From Flavobacteriales bacterium (lineage in GTDB: Bacteria > Bacteroidota > Bacteroidia > Palsa-965), in contig JBEIPA010000027.1 in NCBI GenBank assembly GCA_040377305.1, positions 1 to 64,000 of the forward strand: DNA of 64,000 nt, read 5' to 3'. Under the pieces are notes generated by a model. It ran no database searches. It saw nothing but the letters and a program-made list of their open reading frames with translations, and had not been told where the DNA came from. Made by a program: the position numbers and the translations under genes. Below are positions 40,522 through 50,429 of this stretch, in pieces; position 1 is the first letter of the stretch, and each line of letters opens with the position of its first letter.

Positions 40522-40638
40522 TTTCCCTACGCAGGTACTAACCTGATCAGGTGTGCGGTTAACAAGAAATTTTCATCGCTTGTCTCCGCAGGGTATTCTC
40601 TCAGCCCGTCCCGAAAAAAATCGAGAGGGCACCCCTTT
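40522..40638 (-). ncRNA. TPP (thi-box) riboswitch
   Basis: Minus strand GGGGTGC...GGCTGAGA..ATACCC...ACCTGATCAGGTTAGTACCTGCGTAGGGA; TACTTTTG promoter element at 40650-40657. Confidence 0.93.
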
Positions 40639-40713
40639 TTGGATCGCAGCAAAAGTAAAAAAATAATGATGTGATTACTCAACGGTTTGCAGGATGTCCG
40701 ATTTTTCTATCTA

Positions 40714-40769
40714 ATCGGCACATCGGCACATCGGCACATCGGCACATCGGCACATCGGCACATCGGCAC
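40714..40769. repeat. Perfect tandem repeat (ATCGGCAC)x7
   Basis: Seven exact 8-nt units directly after the stop of the NadR-like gene. Confidence 0.95.
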
Positions 40770-40771
40770 GC

Positions 40772-41314
40772 CTAATCGAAATGTCCGAAGTGCTTTCTCA
40801 ACGATGTAATCGCACTCAGCAGTCTTGCCTCATAACGACCAGTCACAATCTCATACGGTAGATTATGACTATCCAGTTCGCGCTTATACCAGTTGAAAAA
40901 GTAATCGCGTCGTTGTGCATTCACCCGAACAGGATCTGCAACCCACGGCAAATCATTCGCAGTGAGTAGATACAAATCATACTTGTGAGATCGAATGTCT
41001 TCTTCAATCCAATCCGGACAATTACCAAAAACATCCAGACACCAAACCTTCGAGATGATCAGTTCCGTATCGACAAACAGAAACTCTGTGGCCGATGATT
41101 CGAGTCGTTTCTCTTGTGCAAGCTGCTCCTTCGAAATCTCTTCAATGTCGTTTATCGTGTATTCGCCGGGATGAACATTCATGTATTCACGAGCATTCTC
41201 CGGTACCCACACCGTCTGAAAACGTAATGCGAGCGAACGTGCAAGCGTAGTTTTCCCTGTGCTCTCTGCACCTAACACTGCAATCTTCTTTATGCCTTCA
41301 GACTTTTTTTCCAT
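40772..41314 (-). CDS. NadR-type AAA/P-loop kinase
   Basis: IAVLGAESTGKT, VPENAREY, FVDT, YDLYLL...PWVADPVR. Confidence 0.88.
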   Translation of the reverse strand: MEKKSEGIKKIAVLGAESTGKTTLARSLALRFQTVWVPENAREYMNVHPGEYTINDIEEISKEQLAQEKRLESSATEFLFVDTELIISKVWCLDVFGNCPDWIEEDIRSHKYDLYLLTANDLPWVADPVRVNAQRRDYFFNWYKRELDSHNLPYEIVTGRYEARLLSAITSLRKHFGHFD

Positions 41315-41913
41315 GAAACGTAGCCAGCCACGGCCATAAAGGTGTAAAAAATAAACAGCACTGCAGCGAGGTACATGGTTGGACCTTTAACCAGGTATAA
41401 AGCTGCACTGCACGCATCAATCACGATCCAGAACAACCAGTTCTCGAGGTATTTTCGTGCGGTCATCCATGTCGCAACCACACTGAAGGATGCAATGAGT
41501 GCATCACTATAAGCAAAAGAATTATCACTGATTGCACTGGAAATAAATCCCAGAATTATTCCGGATACAACGGCTACGCTAACACAAATGAACAGTATGT
41601 TGGATGGCATTCTGGTAATCGAAAGCTCAGCTATACTTTCGTTTCCGTCTGTATTCTTTTTTTCTTTTGACCACGAAATCCATCCGTAAACACCAAGCAC
41701 AACATAGAATATACTAAGGAGCGATTCATACCACAGCCGCTCGTTGAAGTACACACTAACCCACAAGGCAGAACTCACAATTCCAAAACTCCAGCACCAG
41801 ATGTTTTCCTTCAGCGCGAGTACAACATAAACTACTGCAGTAACAGTGGCTATCCACGTGATGACGTCGGTTTCCTGAATACAGTCTACTAAGGCCTCTG
41901 TGAAATTTGACAT
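41290..41913 (-). CDS. pnuC: PnuC-family vitamin (nicotinamide riboside/thiamine) transporter
   Basis: ENIWCW, YGWISW, SVVATWMTARKYLENWLFWIVID. Confidence 0.9.
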   Translation of the reverse strand: MSNFTEALVDCIQETDVITWIATVTAVVYVVLALKENIWCWSFGIVSSALWVSVYFNERLWYESLLSIFYVVLGVYGWISWSKEKKNTDGNESIAELSITRMPSNILFICVSVAVVSGIILGFISSAISDNSFAYSDALIASFSVVATWMTARKYLENWLFWIVIDACSAALYLVKGPTMYLAAVLFIFYTFMAVAGYVSWKKSLKA

Positions 41914-41918
41914 GGTTA

Positions 41919-42548
41919 TTATTCGAATGGAATTGATTGCTCACGACATTTGTCGACGATATTCTTCCATGCCTGCACTGGGGAATCTGAATCCCAAACG
42001 GCACTACCAAACGCAACTCCTGTAAATCCAAGTTCTGCACATTTCGTGATCAAAAGTCCATTGGTACCACCCCGGGCTACAAGCGGCACTGAAGATTTCG
42101 AAGTAGCAGCAAGTACGCTGTGTTCACTATAACCGGCGTGAAATTTACTGCTTAACCTGTCGAAGATGGTGCCGAGAAAAATATATGAAAATTCACTTTT
42201 GTTGGTGTACACGTTCGACAACTTGTGAAAGGATGTGGAAACGGTAAGCGCATCATTTTTCATCTGCAGCATCCGTAAGCGCAGCCACGTAGAAAATTTT
42301 CGGCGACGATGAACAGCAGTAAGATGCACACCGCGAAGCTTGAATTTTGAAGCGAGCTTGTGATGGCTATGAATAACGATACGGTCGTGAAAGTGTTCCG
42401 GAATCTGCTCAATTATTTTGCGCATATCCTGCGTGCTCATCGAAGGCTTGCGGAGGTGAAGTAGATTCAATCCACATTCAAAAAGCTCGGTAATAATCTT
42501 GGGATCTTCCGGTCTGTTTTTCGAAGACGAAATAACGATTAACTTCAT
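41919..42548 (-). CDS. Thiamine phosphate synthase-like (ThiE/TenI family) protein
   Basis: LFECGLNLLHLRKP, RIVIHSH, STSFH, YIFLGTIFD, ARGG, GFTGVAFGSAVW. Confidence 0.8.
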   Translation of the reverse strand: MKLIVISSSKNRPEDPKIITELFECGLNLLHLRKPSMSTQDMRKIIEQIPEHFHDRIVIHSHHKLASKFKLRGVHLTAVHRRRKFSTWLRLRMLQMKNDALTVSTSFHKLSNVYTNKSEFSYIFLGTIFDRLSSKFHAGYSEHSVLAATSKSSVPLVARGGTNGLLITKCAELGFTGVAFGSAVWDSDSPVQAWKNIVDKCREQSIPFE

Positions 42549-43291
42549 TGGGGGTTATGCTTGTTTCGCACAGCTGCAAATTGCGAAAATAATTCGGGAT
42601 TGGCTTCAAATTTATTACCTATCACCGCCACGTCGGCACCCGCTTTGTAACAAGTATCGAGTTGTTCGGGTTCTGTAATGCCTCCCCCGGTAAAAAGTAT
42701 ACAACGCACAGATTGGTTCACCGCAGAAATCATCTCGGCCGGCACAACGTGTTCAGCACCACTGCCTGCTTCCAGATAAATTGCTTTCATTCCCAACTGT
42801 TCACCCGCCAAAGCCGTAGCAGCCGCGAGTTCTGGTTTCGTATTCGGCACGGGCATCGATTGGCTGATATAATGAACAGAAGTTAATCTTCCGCTTTCGA
42901 CCAGGATGTATCCGGTAGGAATAATTTCCAGCCCGGATTGCTTCACTTTCAGCGCTGCTTCCACATGTTTGCCAATCAAAAGATCAGCATTGCGCGAAGA
43001 AATTACAGAGAGCAACAATAGTGCATCAGCTTCTGATACAACCTGGCTCATGTTGCCCGGAAAAAGAACAACCGGAACGCTCAGTGCTGATTTCAGTTTA
43101 TTGACACACTTCGAAACGGAATCATCACCCTGGAAAGAACTTCCTACTAAGAACAGATCCGGTGGATCGTTTTTGCAATGGGCAAGTAGTTGTTCAACTT
43201 GTTCAGTTTTATCGGGATCAACTAACACCGCAAGGCTTTTTAGCTTACGGTTTTTTCGCTCAGTAAAATGGTGAAGAATTTTATGATCCAT
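42545..43291 (-). CDS. Geranylgeranylglyceryl/heptaprenylglyceryl phosphate synthase (GGGPS/PcrB family)
   Basis: VLVDPDK, LVGSS, PVVLFPG, IPTGYILV, YLEAGSGA, GGGI, VIGN; start at ATG 43291 assumed. Confidence 0.9.
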   Translation of the reverse strand: MDHKILHHFTERKNRKLKSLAVLVDPDKTEQVEQLLAHCKNDPPDLFLVGSSFQGDDSVSKCVNKLKSALSVPVVLFPGNMSQVVSEADALLLLSVISSRNADLLIGKHVEAALKVKQSGLEIIPTGYILVESGRLTSVHYISQSMPVPNTKPELAAATALAGEQLGMKAIYLEAGSGAEHVVPAEMISAVNQSVRCILFTGGGITEPEQLDTCYKAGADVAVIGNKFEANPELFSQFAAVRNKHNPQ

Positions 43292-43895
43292 GTGTTGTTT
43301 CGGTCCAGGCAAGCATCATGTCGTTGATGACGCGATACTGAATCGATCTACGTAAAGTTAGTGCTCCATCGGTTAATGCAGCTTCAGCGTTAAACGAAGT
43401 TACGCGGTCTATAAAAATATTACTCTTCATAAACACCGCTTCACTTCCGTAAACCTTGAACATGGCTTCTTTCGCCGTCCAATAGCGAACAAGTTCTTCT
43501 GTTGGTGCAGACTCAATTCGTAAAAGCTCTTCATCATTAAGAAACTTATGCTTCACCTTTTCTACACGCGGATGAATACGTTCAATATCAATTCCACATG
43601 CAACTTCAGATTTCATCATTACAACTGTATTCCCGCAATGTGAAATGGAAACGTGCATTGCAGAATTGGTAACTGGCTTGCCCGTTGATTCATATGTGAG
43701 TTGATCGCCCGGGAATAATTCCGCAAACAACAACTGGGTCACCATGTATTGCTGGTAACGTGTTTCAAGTGTAAAGCTGTTGACCGGATTAATCTTAGAC
43801 AAGCGACAAGCCGATTCAAGCAATATTGTCGACTCTGTGATTGTCCAACACCTTATGTTGCAACCATTCCCCTGGATCAGCTCAATTACAGGCAT
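43281..43895 (-). CDS. 4'-phosphopantetheinyl transferase family protein
   Basis: [21 protein letters not shown]. Confidence 0.88.
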   Translation of the reverse strand: MPVIELIQGNGCNIRCWTITESTILLESACRLSKINPVNSFTLETRYQQYMVTQLLFAELFPGDQLTYESTGKPVTNSAMHVSISHCGNTVVMMKSEVACGIDIERIHPRVEKVKHKFLNDEELLRIESAPTEELVRYWTAKEAMFKVYGSEAVFMKSNIFIDRVTSFNAEAALTDGALTLRRSIQYRVINDMMLAWTETTHGS

Positions 43896-43972
43896 TTCTT
43901 TTCGCTATCAGGGTTCGGACAATAACAGGATTTCTCGTAATTTTGCAGTCCATAAATTTAACGACAAACAAA

Positions 43973-45292
43973 ATGACCAAGACTGCCGTGGAATCAAAAG
44001 TTCGCTACAAGGTTAAAGATATTTCTCTCGCTGCGTGGGGAAGAAAAGAAATTATGCTGGCTGAGGCCGAAATGCCGGGCTTAATGTCGCTTCGAAAAGA
44101 ATACGGACCGTCACAACCGCTGAAAGGTGCTCGCATCGCAGGTTGTCTGCACATGACAATCCAGACGGCCGTTCTCATCGAGACACTTACTGCTCTGGGT
44201 GCTGAAGTAACGTGGTCATCCTGCAATATTTTCTCGACACAAGATCACGCTGCTGCTGCAATTGCTGCGGCGGGAATTCCGGTTTATGCCTGGAAGGGAA
44301 TGAACAACGAAGAGTTCGACTGGTGTATTGAACAAACACTTTTCGCATTCGAAGGCGACAAGCCATTGAACATGATTCTGGATGATGGTGGTGATTTGAC
44401 CAACATGGTATTCGACAAGTTCCCTGAGCTTGCCAAAGATATCCGTGGCCTCTCTGAAGAAACAACTACAGGTGTTCACCGCCTGTACGAGCGCATGAAA
44501 AACGGAACACTAATGGTTCCCGCAATCAACATCAACGACTCGGTTACAAAGTCCAAATTCGACAACAAATACGGATGCCGCGAATCACTCGTTGATGCAA
44601 TTCGCCGCGCAACAGATCTTATGCTTGCAGGTAAAGTTGCTGTTGTTGCTGGTTATGGCGACGTAGGAAAAGGTTCGGCACAGTCACTCAGCTCACAAGG
44701 CGTGCGTGTGATCGTGACAGAGATCGATCCGATTTGCGCGCTTCAGGCAGCAATGGACGGTTACGAAGTGAAGAAGATGGACGACGCTGTAAAACGCGCA
44801 GACATTATTGTAACTGCAACAGGAAACAAAGACATCGTAACTGAGCGTCACTTCCGTTCTATGAAACACAATGCTGTTGTTTGTAACATCGGTCACTTCG
44901 ATACTGAAATTGACATGGCATGGTTGAATAACAACTACGGTAAGTCGAAAGACGAAATCAAACCACAAGTTGATAAATACACAATTGAAGGAAAAGACAT
45001 TATCGTTCTTGCAGAAGGGCGTCTTGTGAACCTCGGTTGTGCTACCGGCCACCCGTCTTTCGTAATGTCAAATTCGTTCACGAACCAAACACTTGCTCAG
45101 CTTGAATTGTGGACGAACACAAAATCATACGAGAAGAAAGTTTACGTGTTGCCGAAACATCTTGATGAGAAGGTTGCTCACTTACACCTTGCAAAAATTG
45201 GTGTTGAACTTGACATCCTCACTGAAGATCAGGCGAACTATATTGGAGTAAATGTTGCAGGTCCATTCAAACCGGAACTGTACCGCTACTAG
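43973..45292 (+). CDS. ahcY: Adenosylhomocysteinase
   Basis: [47 protein letters not shown]; start moved to ATG 43973 after TAATTTTG. Confidence 0.98.
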   Translation: MTKTAVESKVRYKVKDISLAAWGRKEIMLAEAEMPGLMSLRKEYGPSQPLKGARIAGCLHMTIQTAVLIETLTALGAEVTWSSCNIFSTQDHAAAAIAAAGIPVYAWKGMNNEEFDWCIEQTLFAFEGDKPLNMILDDGGDLTNMVFDKFPELAKDIRGLSEETTTGVHRLYERMKNGTLMVPAININDSVTKSKFDNKYGCRESLVDAIRRATDLMLAGKVAVVAGYGDVGKGSAQSLSSQGVRVIVTEIDPICALQAAMDGYEVKKMDDAVKRADIIVTATGNKDIVTERHFRSMKHNAVVCNIGHFDTEIDMAWLNNNYGKSKDEIKPQVDKYTIEGKDIIVLAEGRLVNLGCATGHPSFVMSNSFTNQTLAQLELWTNTKSYEKKVYVLPKHLDEKVAHLHLAKIGVELDILTEDQANYIGVNVAGPFKPELYRY

Positions 45293-45316
45293 AATTTCGC
45301 AGGAAATATTTGTGAT

Positions 45317-45345
45317 AAGCCTCGGTAGAAATACCGGGGCTTTTT
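45317..45345 (+). terminator. ahcY terminator
   Basis: aagcctcggta-gaaa-taccggggc-ttttt. Confidence 0.8.
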
Positions 45346-45374
45346 CATGCTTAACATGGTTGTAACAGGAATAG

Positions 45375-45809
45375 CTAATTCACAACCCGGAGCGTTGTCC
45401 CGTCGAACGTATTTACATAAACAGTAACCGGAACAACAGAAGGCCCACCTATTGTCGTGCCATTACTCAATAGAAATTGTGATCCGCACACATCGTCAAC
45501 CAGAACGATATTATTCGAGTCAACTTCGATTTGTGTTCCTGCTTCGCCCGGATGCACGGGACATGCGCGATCGTACACCATGAATTCGCCCTGCGATTTT
45601 CTGAATACGAGTAAACCGTGGTATCCACCGGGAAAATATTTCCACCCTCCAATGGTTGTGAGTGCCATGTTTTGCGGATCATTCACATAAACCGTTAGAT
45701 TCACATACACATACGGCACACCTTGTTGCTCATTTTTGCACCCTGAAATCAGAGCGGAAACGATAAGAGCTGTAATGACTGTGCTGATTTTTCTCAAGGA
45801 AATATTCAA
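45375..45809 (-). CDS. Rieske-like / ferredoxin-subunit lipoprotein
   Basis: Lipobox ISGC; YDRACPVH and CGSQF..NG..GP motifs; start uncertain (TTG 45809 assumed). Confidence 0.7.
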   Translation of the reverse strand: MNISLRKISTVITALIVSALISGCKNEQQGVPYVYVNLTVYVNDPQNMALTTIGGWKYFPGGYHGLLVFRKSQGEFMVYDRACPVHPGEAGTQIEVDSNNIVLVDDVCGSQFLLSNGTTIGGPSVVPVTVYVNTFDGTTLRVVN

Positions 45810-45881
45810 TGTCGTGCGATGATAGGTTAACAAATTTACGAAATGCACTTTTTGCGGCACTGTTTTCGTTATAAGTTTGTA

Positions 45882-46223
45882 ATGATGTTGTATTGGAGAA
45901 AAATAGTGATGTTAATGCTAGTTCTGGTTTTCACCGGAATGGGTGATGTATACGCTCAAGACGGAGGAAATTCAAATGGTGGCTCCGGAACCGGCACCGA
46001 ACAAGAACCTACAGGTAGAGCTGCTCGCCGTAAAGCTAAGCGCGACTGGAAGAAACAGCGCAAAACCGAAATGGAGACTGAGCAGTCTAAGAAGGACTAC
46101 AATAAGAAGCACAATACGAAGAAGACACGCAAGAGAATGAAGAGGGCAGAGAAGGAAGCGAACCGAAACAATTCCCACAAGAGGGAATTCTTCCTCAAAC
46201 GTTGGTTCAAGAAGCGGAAATAG
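45882..46223 (+). CDS. Small secreted, highly basic hypothetical protein
   Basis: Signal peptide ending VYA-Q; Gly-rich linker; K/R-rich helix ending FFLKRWFKKRK; TAAGTTTG immediately upstream. Confidence 0.65.
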   Translation: MMLYWRKIVMLMLVLVFTGMGDVYAQDGGNSNGGSGTGTEQEPTGRAARRKAKRDWKKQRKTEMETEQSKKDYNKKHNTKKTRKRMKRAEKEANRNNSHKREFFLKRWFKKRK

Positions 46224-46652
46224 CTGCCACTTATCTGCGCGAGTCGACCACCTATTAGATTTTATGCGTTTTCCTGCGATTTTAACGCACAATCATTGTT
46301 TTTACCGATAAGGTTTCGTTAAGTTTGTATAACGTTCTTTAACGGGTCAAACTCCCGAACCTGCCCGGTTTTATTACCGGAAATCCTGGCGCTTTTTGTC
46401 AGGTCGAAACACCATTTCACTGGTTTGTTTTGTGCTCCGCTCCAACGTCCCCTCGGTAGCGGGTTGAAATCTGGAAGTATCTGTAAATTAGTTAGTTATA
46501 GTTGATGTCTTTTGACATTTCTCAGACATTTTTGTGCCGTCTGGAAGTGTCAATTATTGTTAATAGTTTATTTGTTGGACAGAAATAAAACTATCTATAT
46601 TTACCGACTTCAAACGCACGACCAATTTTATTTTAACACAAACAGAATCATT

Positions 46653-49600
46653 ATGCTGCGAAAAATTTACGTTGCAATCTTATTGCTGCTTGTTACTACC
46701 GTTGTAGTAAAAGCGCAAGGCGAGATTAAGGGGCAAGTCGTAGATAAGTCAACACGCGAGGGTATTCCTTTCGCTGTAGTTACTTGTTCTAAAGGTGGAG
46801 TTAACGCCGGAGGAACGACGACAGATTTGGATGGAAACTTTACGATCAAGCCGTTGGGCGCCGGTACGTACACTATCAAGGTACAGTACACAGGTTACCA
46901 GACTACGGAAGTACAGAACGTAATTGTTTCGGAAGGGAAAACAACTTACTTCACTACAACTCCGATCGAGCTGAATCCAACTTCAGTTCAGATCAACGAA
47001 GTTGTAATCGTGAGCTACAAAGAGCCACTCATTGACCCGGATACAAAATCGGGCGGTACAGTGACTCGTGAAGAGTTCCTCGCGATGCCATCTAAAAACA
47101 TCAATTCAGTTGCTGCGACAACTGCTGGTGTTTATCAGTCGGATGAAGGTGAGGGAATCCAGATGCGTGGTCAGCGTGATGCAGGTACAGCGTACTTCAT
47201 CGACGGTCAGCGTGTAATTGGTTCAGCTGGACTTCCACAACAATCAATCGAACAAGTAAGCGTAATCACTGGTGGTGTTCCTGCACAATTCGGTGACGCG
47301 ATGGGTGGTGTTGTAAACATCACTACACGTGGACCACAGAGCCAGTACTTCGGCGGTGTCGAGCTTATCTCTTCGGAGATTCTTGATTCTTACGGATACA
47401 ACTTCGTTGGATTCAGCGTAGGTGGCCCGATCTGGATGAAGCCTGACTCAGTTTATGGAAAGAAGCCTGTTCTTGGTTTCATTCTCTCTGGTGAGGGTGT
47501 TGTAGAAGACGATCCGGATCCATCTGCAATCGGAACTTACAAAGTAAAACAAGACAAGCTTTATGAACTCGAAGCAAATCCGCTTCGTCCGGCTCCAAAC
47601 GGATCTGGTTTCGTACGTAACTCTGAGTATGTTACTATGGACGACCTCGAGCCAATTAAAGCACGTCAGAATGTAGCATCAAAAGCATTGCGTCTCAACT
47701 TGAAAATCGATTTCAAACCAACCGATAACCTGAACTTTACATTCGGTGGTTCTATGGATTACGGTTCCAAGCACAATTACATTTACGAGTACGCAATGTT
47801 CAACCCGGTTAACAACCCGCAGATCAACACGAATACATGGCGTGTTTATGCGCGTGTTACGCAACGTTTCGGCGCTACAAGTGCTGATGAGAATGCAACG
47901 TCTAACATCAAAAACGCGTTCTACACTTTGCAGGTTGGTTATACCTCATATAAGGAGACTACGCAAGACGATACGCACAAAGAGAATCACTTCAGCTATG
48001 GTCACGTTGGTACGTTCAACCAGTATAAGAGCCGTGTACTTGTTCCCGGACAAACAGTTTATCAGGGTGACACGGTACTTGGATTTGTACAGGCAGCGTT
48101 CGCTGACTCAGCAATCACTTACTCTCCTTTCTATACTGATGCTAACGGAAACATCATCACTGCAAACCCGTTGATGTCGAACTACACTACTTATGTGTTC
48201 AACAACCTCGGTACTTATTCAAATCCTGACGGTAGCTCTGATATTACTGGAGATGAGATGTACTCTATGACTGGTAACTCGGATCTTATCCTGGCTAACC
48301 TCGGTTTGCCAAATGGTTACCGTCCAACAGACGTTTACTCTTTGTGGTATAACACAGGACGTCAATACGGTGGTTATGCAATCGACGACAAGACTCAGTT
48401 CCGCGTTTTCACCAGCTTCTCTGCTGACATCAAGAACCACGCGATCCAGGTTGGTTTCGAATTCGAGCAGCGTACAGAGCGTGGTTACAACATGTCGTCA
48501 CTCGGTCTTTGGACTCGTATGCGCCAGTTGGCTAACTACCACCTTACGCAGCTTGACGTAAACAATCCAACTCAAGTTGACTTCGGAACATTCGATGCTT
48601 ATTATTTCGAGCGTTATGTTGATACAACTCAACAGCGTTGGTTTGACCACGAAATGCGCGAAGCTCTCGGCATGAATCCTTACGGTAGCGAATGGATCGA
48701 CGTTGATGCTTATTCACCTGACTTCTACAGTCTGGATATGTTCTCTCCGGATGACCTTCTTCTGGATGGTAATAACATGGTGAGCTACTTCGGTTACGAC
48801 CACACTGGTAAGCGTACTTCTGGTAAAGAATCTTTCGATGATTTCTTTACTGCGAAAGACGGTAACGGAAATTTCACACGTGGTATACCTGCATTCCGTC
48901 CTATCTACATGGCGGGTTACATCCAGGATAAATTTGACTTCAAAGACATCAAGTTCAACGTGGGTGTTCGTATCGACCGTTTCGATGCTAACCAGCCGGT
49001 GTTGAAGAACAGGTATTTGTTCTATGAAGCAAAAACTGTAGCTGAAGCAACAGACTTTACACACCCTGAGAACATGGGCAACGATTACGTTGTATATGTA
49101 AACGACGCACAAAACCCAACTGAAGTTGTAGGTTACATGAACGACGGAACCTGGTTTGATGCGGACGGTAACGAGATTGCTGACCCGGGCGTAATTGCTC
49201 AGCAAACAAACACAGGTCGTATCACGCCTTACCTCGTTGATCCTAATGAAACCCAAGTAACTTCTAAGGCTTTCAAAGATTACGAGCCTCAGTTGATTTT
49301 CATGCCACGTATCGCGTTCGCGTTCCCTATTTCTGAAGAAGCAAACTTCTTCGCTCACTACGATGTACTTACACAGCGTCCTACAAGCGGTTACCGTTTG
49401 GATCCGTTGCAGTACTACTACATCGAGAACCGTGTTGGTTTGTTCAACAACAACCCTGACCTGAAGCCACAGCGCACCACAGATTACGAGCTTGGATTCA
49501 CACAGACTTTGAACGAACGTAAGAATGCAGCACTTACACTTTCTGCTTTCTACCGTGAGATGCGTAACCTTATTCAGGTTGTATCTGTGAACTATGCTTA

Positions 49601-50378
49601 CCCGGTTAACTACCTTACTTATGGTAACATTGACTTCGGTACAGTAAAAGGATTCACAGTTGCTTATGACCTTCGCCGTACTGGTGGTGTTCAGTTGACA
49701 GCTTCTTATACTCTTCAGTTCGCTGATGGTACAGGATCTGGTGCTACTGAAGCAGCTAACCTCGTTTCTAATGGTCAGCCTAACCTTCGTACAACAGTTC
49801 CTCTGGATTTCGATCAGCGCCATGCAATCGTTTGTAACATTGACTACCGTTTCGGTTCAGGTTCAAATTACAACGGACCAGTATGGACTTCTAAGTCTGG
49901 TAAAGAAATCAAGTGGTTGGATAACGTAGGTGCTAACATGGTTATCCGTGCTGGTTCTGGTACTCCTTACACTCGTCAGTCGAACGTAACTCCTGAAGCA
50001 CAGTTTGGTGTTCAGAAGCGTCAGGTTCTTGACGGATCTGTAAACGGTTCACGTTTGCCTTGGCAGGTTCGTGCTGACCTTCGTGTTGACAAGAACGTTG
50101 ATCTTTCATGGGGAACTGGCGACAACAAGAAAGCTGCTAACCTCAACATCTACCTTCAGGTTCTTAACGTGTTGAACACGAAAAACATTCAGAACGTTTA
50201 CCGTTACACTGGAAACCCTGATGACGATGGTTACTTGTATGCTGCACAAACTCAGAACTCAATTGCTGGTTCTAACAGCGAGCAGTCATTCCGCGACCTT
50301 TACACAATCAAAGTGAATAACCCATCGAACTACAGCATCCCTCGCCGTATTCGTATTGGTGTAATGCTTGACTTTTAA
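46653..50378 (+). CDS. Very large TonB-dependent receptor (about 1240 aa) with carboxypeptidase-regulatory-like N-domain
   Basis: Start moved to ATG 46653; plug (MRGQR...YFIDG...VITGGVPAQFGDAMGGVVNITT); barrel NPDLKPQRTTDYELG; ends PRRIRIGVMLDF. Confidence 0.88.
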   Translation: MLRKIYVAILLLLVTTVVVKAQGEIKGQVVDKSTREGIPFAVVTCSKGGVNAGGTTTDLDGNFTIKPLGAGTYTIKVQYTGYQTTEVQNVIVSEGKTTYFTTTPIELNPTSVQINEVVIVSYKEPLIDPDTKSGGTVTREEFLAMPSKNINSVAATTAGVYQSDEGEGIQMRGQRDAGTAYFIDGQRVIGSAGLPQQSIEQVSVITGGVPAQFGDAMGGVVNITTRGPQSQYFGGVELISSEILDSYGYNFVGFSVGGPIWMKPDSVYGKKPVLGFILSGEGVVEDDPDPSAIGTYKVKQDKLYELEANPLRPAPNGSGFVRNSEYVTMDDLEPIKARQNVASKALRLNLKIDFKPTDNLNFTFGGSMDYGSKHNYIYEYAMFNPVNNPQINTNTWRVYARVTQRFGATSADENATSNIKNAFYTLQVGYTSYKETTQDDTHKENHFSYGHVGTFNQYKSRVLVPGQTVYQGDTVLGFVQAAFADSAITYSPFYTDANGNIITANPLMSNYTTYVFNNLGTYSNPDGSSDITGDEMYSMTGNSDLILANLGLPNGYRPTDVYSLWYNTGRQYGGYAIDDKTQFRVFTSFSADIKNHAIQVGFEFEQRTERGYNMSSLGLWTRMRQLANYHLTQLDVNNPTQVDFGTFDAYYFERYVDTTQQRWFDHEMREALGMNPYGSEWIDVDAYSPDFYSLDMFSPDDLLLDGNNMVSYFGYDHTGKRTSGKESFDDFFTAKDGNGNFTRGIPAFRPIYMAGYIQDKFDFKDIKFNVGVRIDRFDANQPVLKNRYLFYEAKTVAEATDFTHPENMGNDYVVYVNDAQNPTEVVGYMNDGTWFDADGNEIADPGVIAQQTNTGRITPYLVDPNETQVTSKAFKDYEPQLIFMPRIAFAFPISEEANFFAHYDVLTQRPTSGYRLDPLQYYYIENRVGLFNNNPDLKPQRTTDYELGFTQTLNERKNAALTLSAFYREMRNLIQVVSVNYAYPVNYLTYGNIDFGTVKGFTVAYDLRRTGGVQLTASYTLQFADGTGSGATEAANLVSNGQPNLRTTVPLDFDQRHAIVCNIDYRFGSGSNYNGPVWTSKSGKEIKWLDNVGANMVIRAGSGTPYTRQSNVTPEAQFGVQKRQVLDGSVNGSRLPWQVRADLRVDKNVDLSWGTGDNKKAANLNIYLQVLNVLNTKNIQNVYRYTGNPDDDGYLYAAQTQNSIAGSNSEQSFRDLYTIKVNNPSNYSIPRRIRIGVMLDF

Positions 50379-50429
50379 AAGCACCGCGTGATTTCCAAAT
50401 ACAAAAAACAAGGAAGTAGAAACATTTAA

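Noticed and set aside
40714-40769. Tandem repeats as a CRISPR array
   Set aside because: 8-nt units with no spacers, and no cas genes in the window.
43841-43972. N-terminal extensions from the ORF caller (ahcY; also 4797-4829, 16102-16146, 16774-16848, 36312-36350, 46512-46652, 59311-59346)
   Set aside because: They overlap promoters or neighbouring genes; downstream starts give proper signal peptides or family N-termini.
48714-49823. 369-aa antisense ORF inside the giant receptor gene
   Set aside because: No recognisable motifs; best explained as a shadow ORF from strong codon bias on the sense strand. The same applies to the many short overlapping ORFs in the track.
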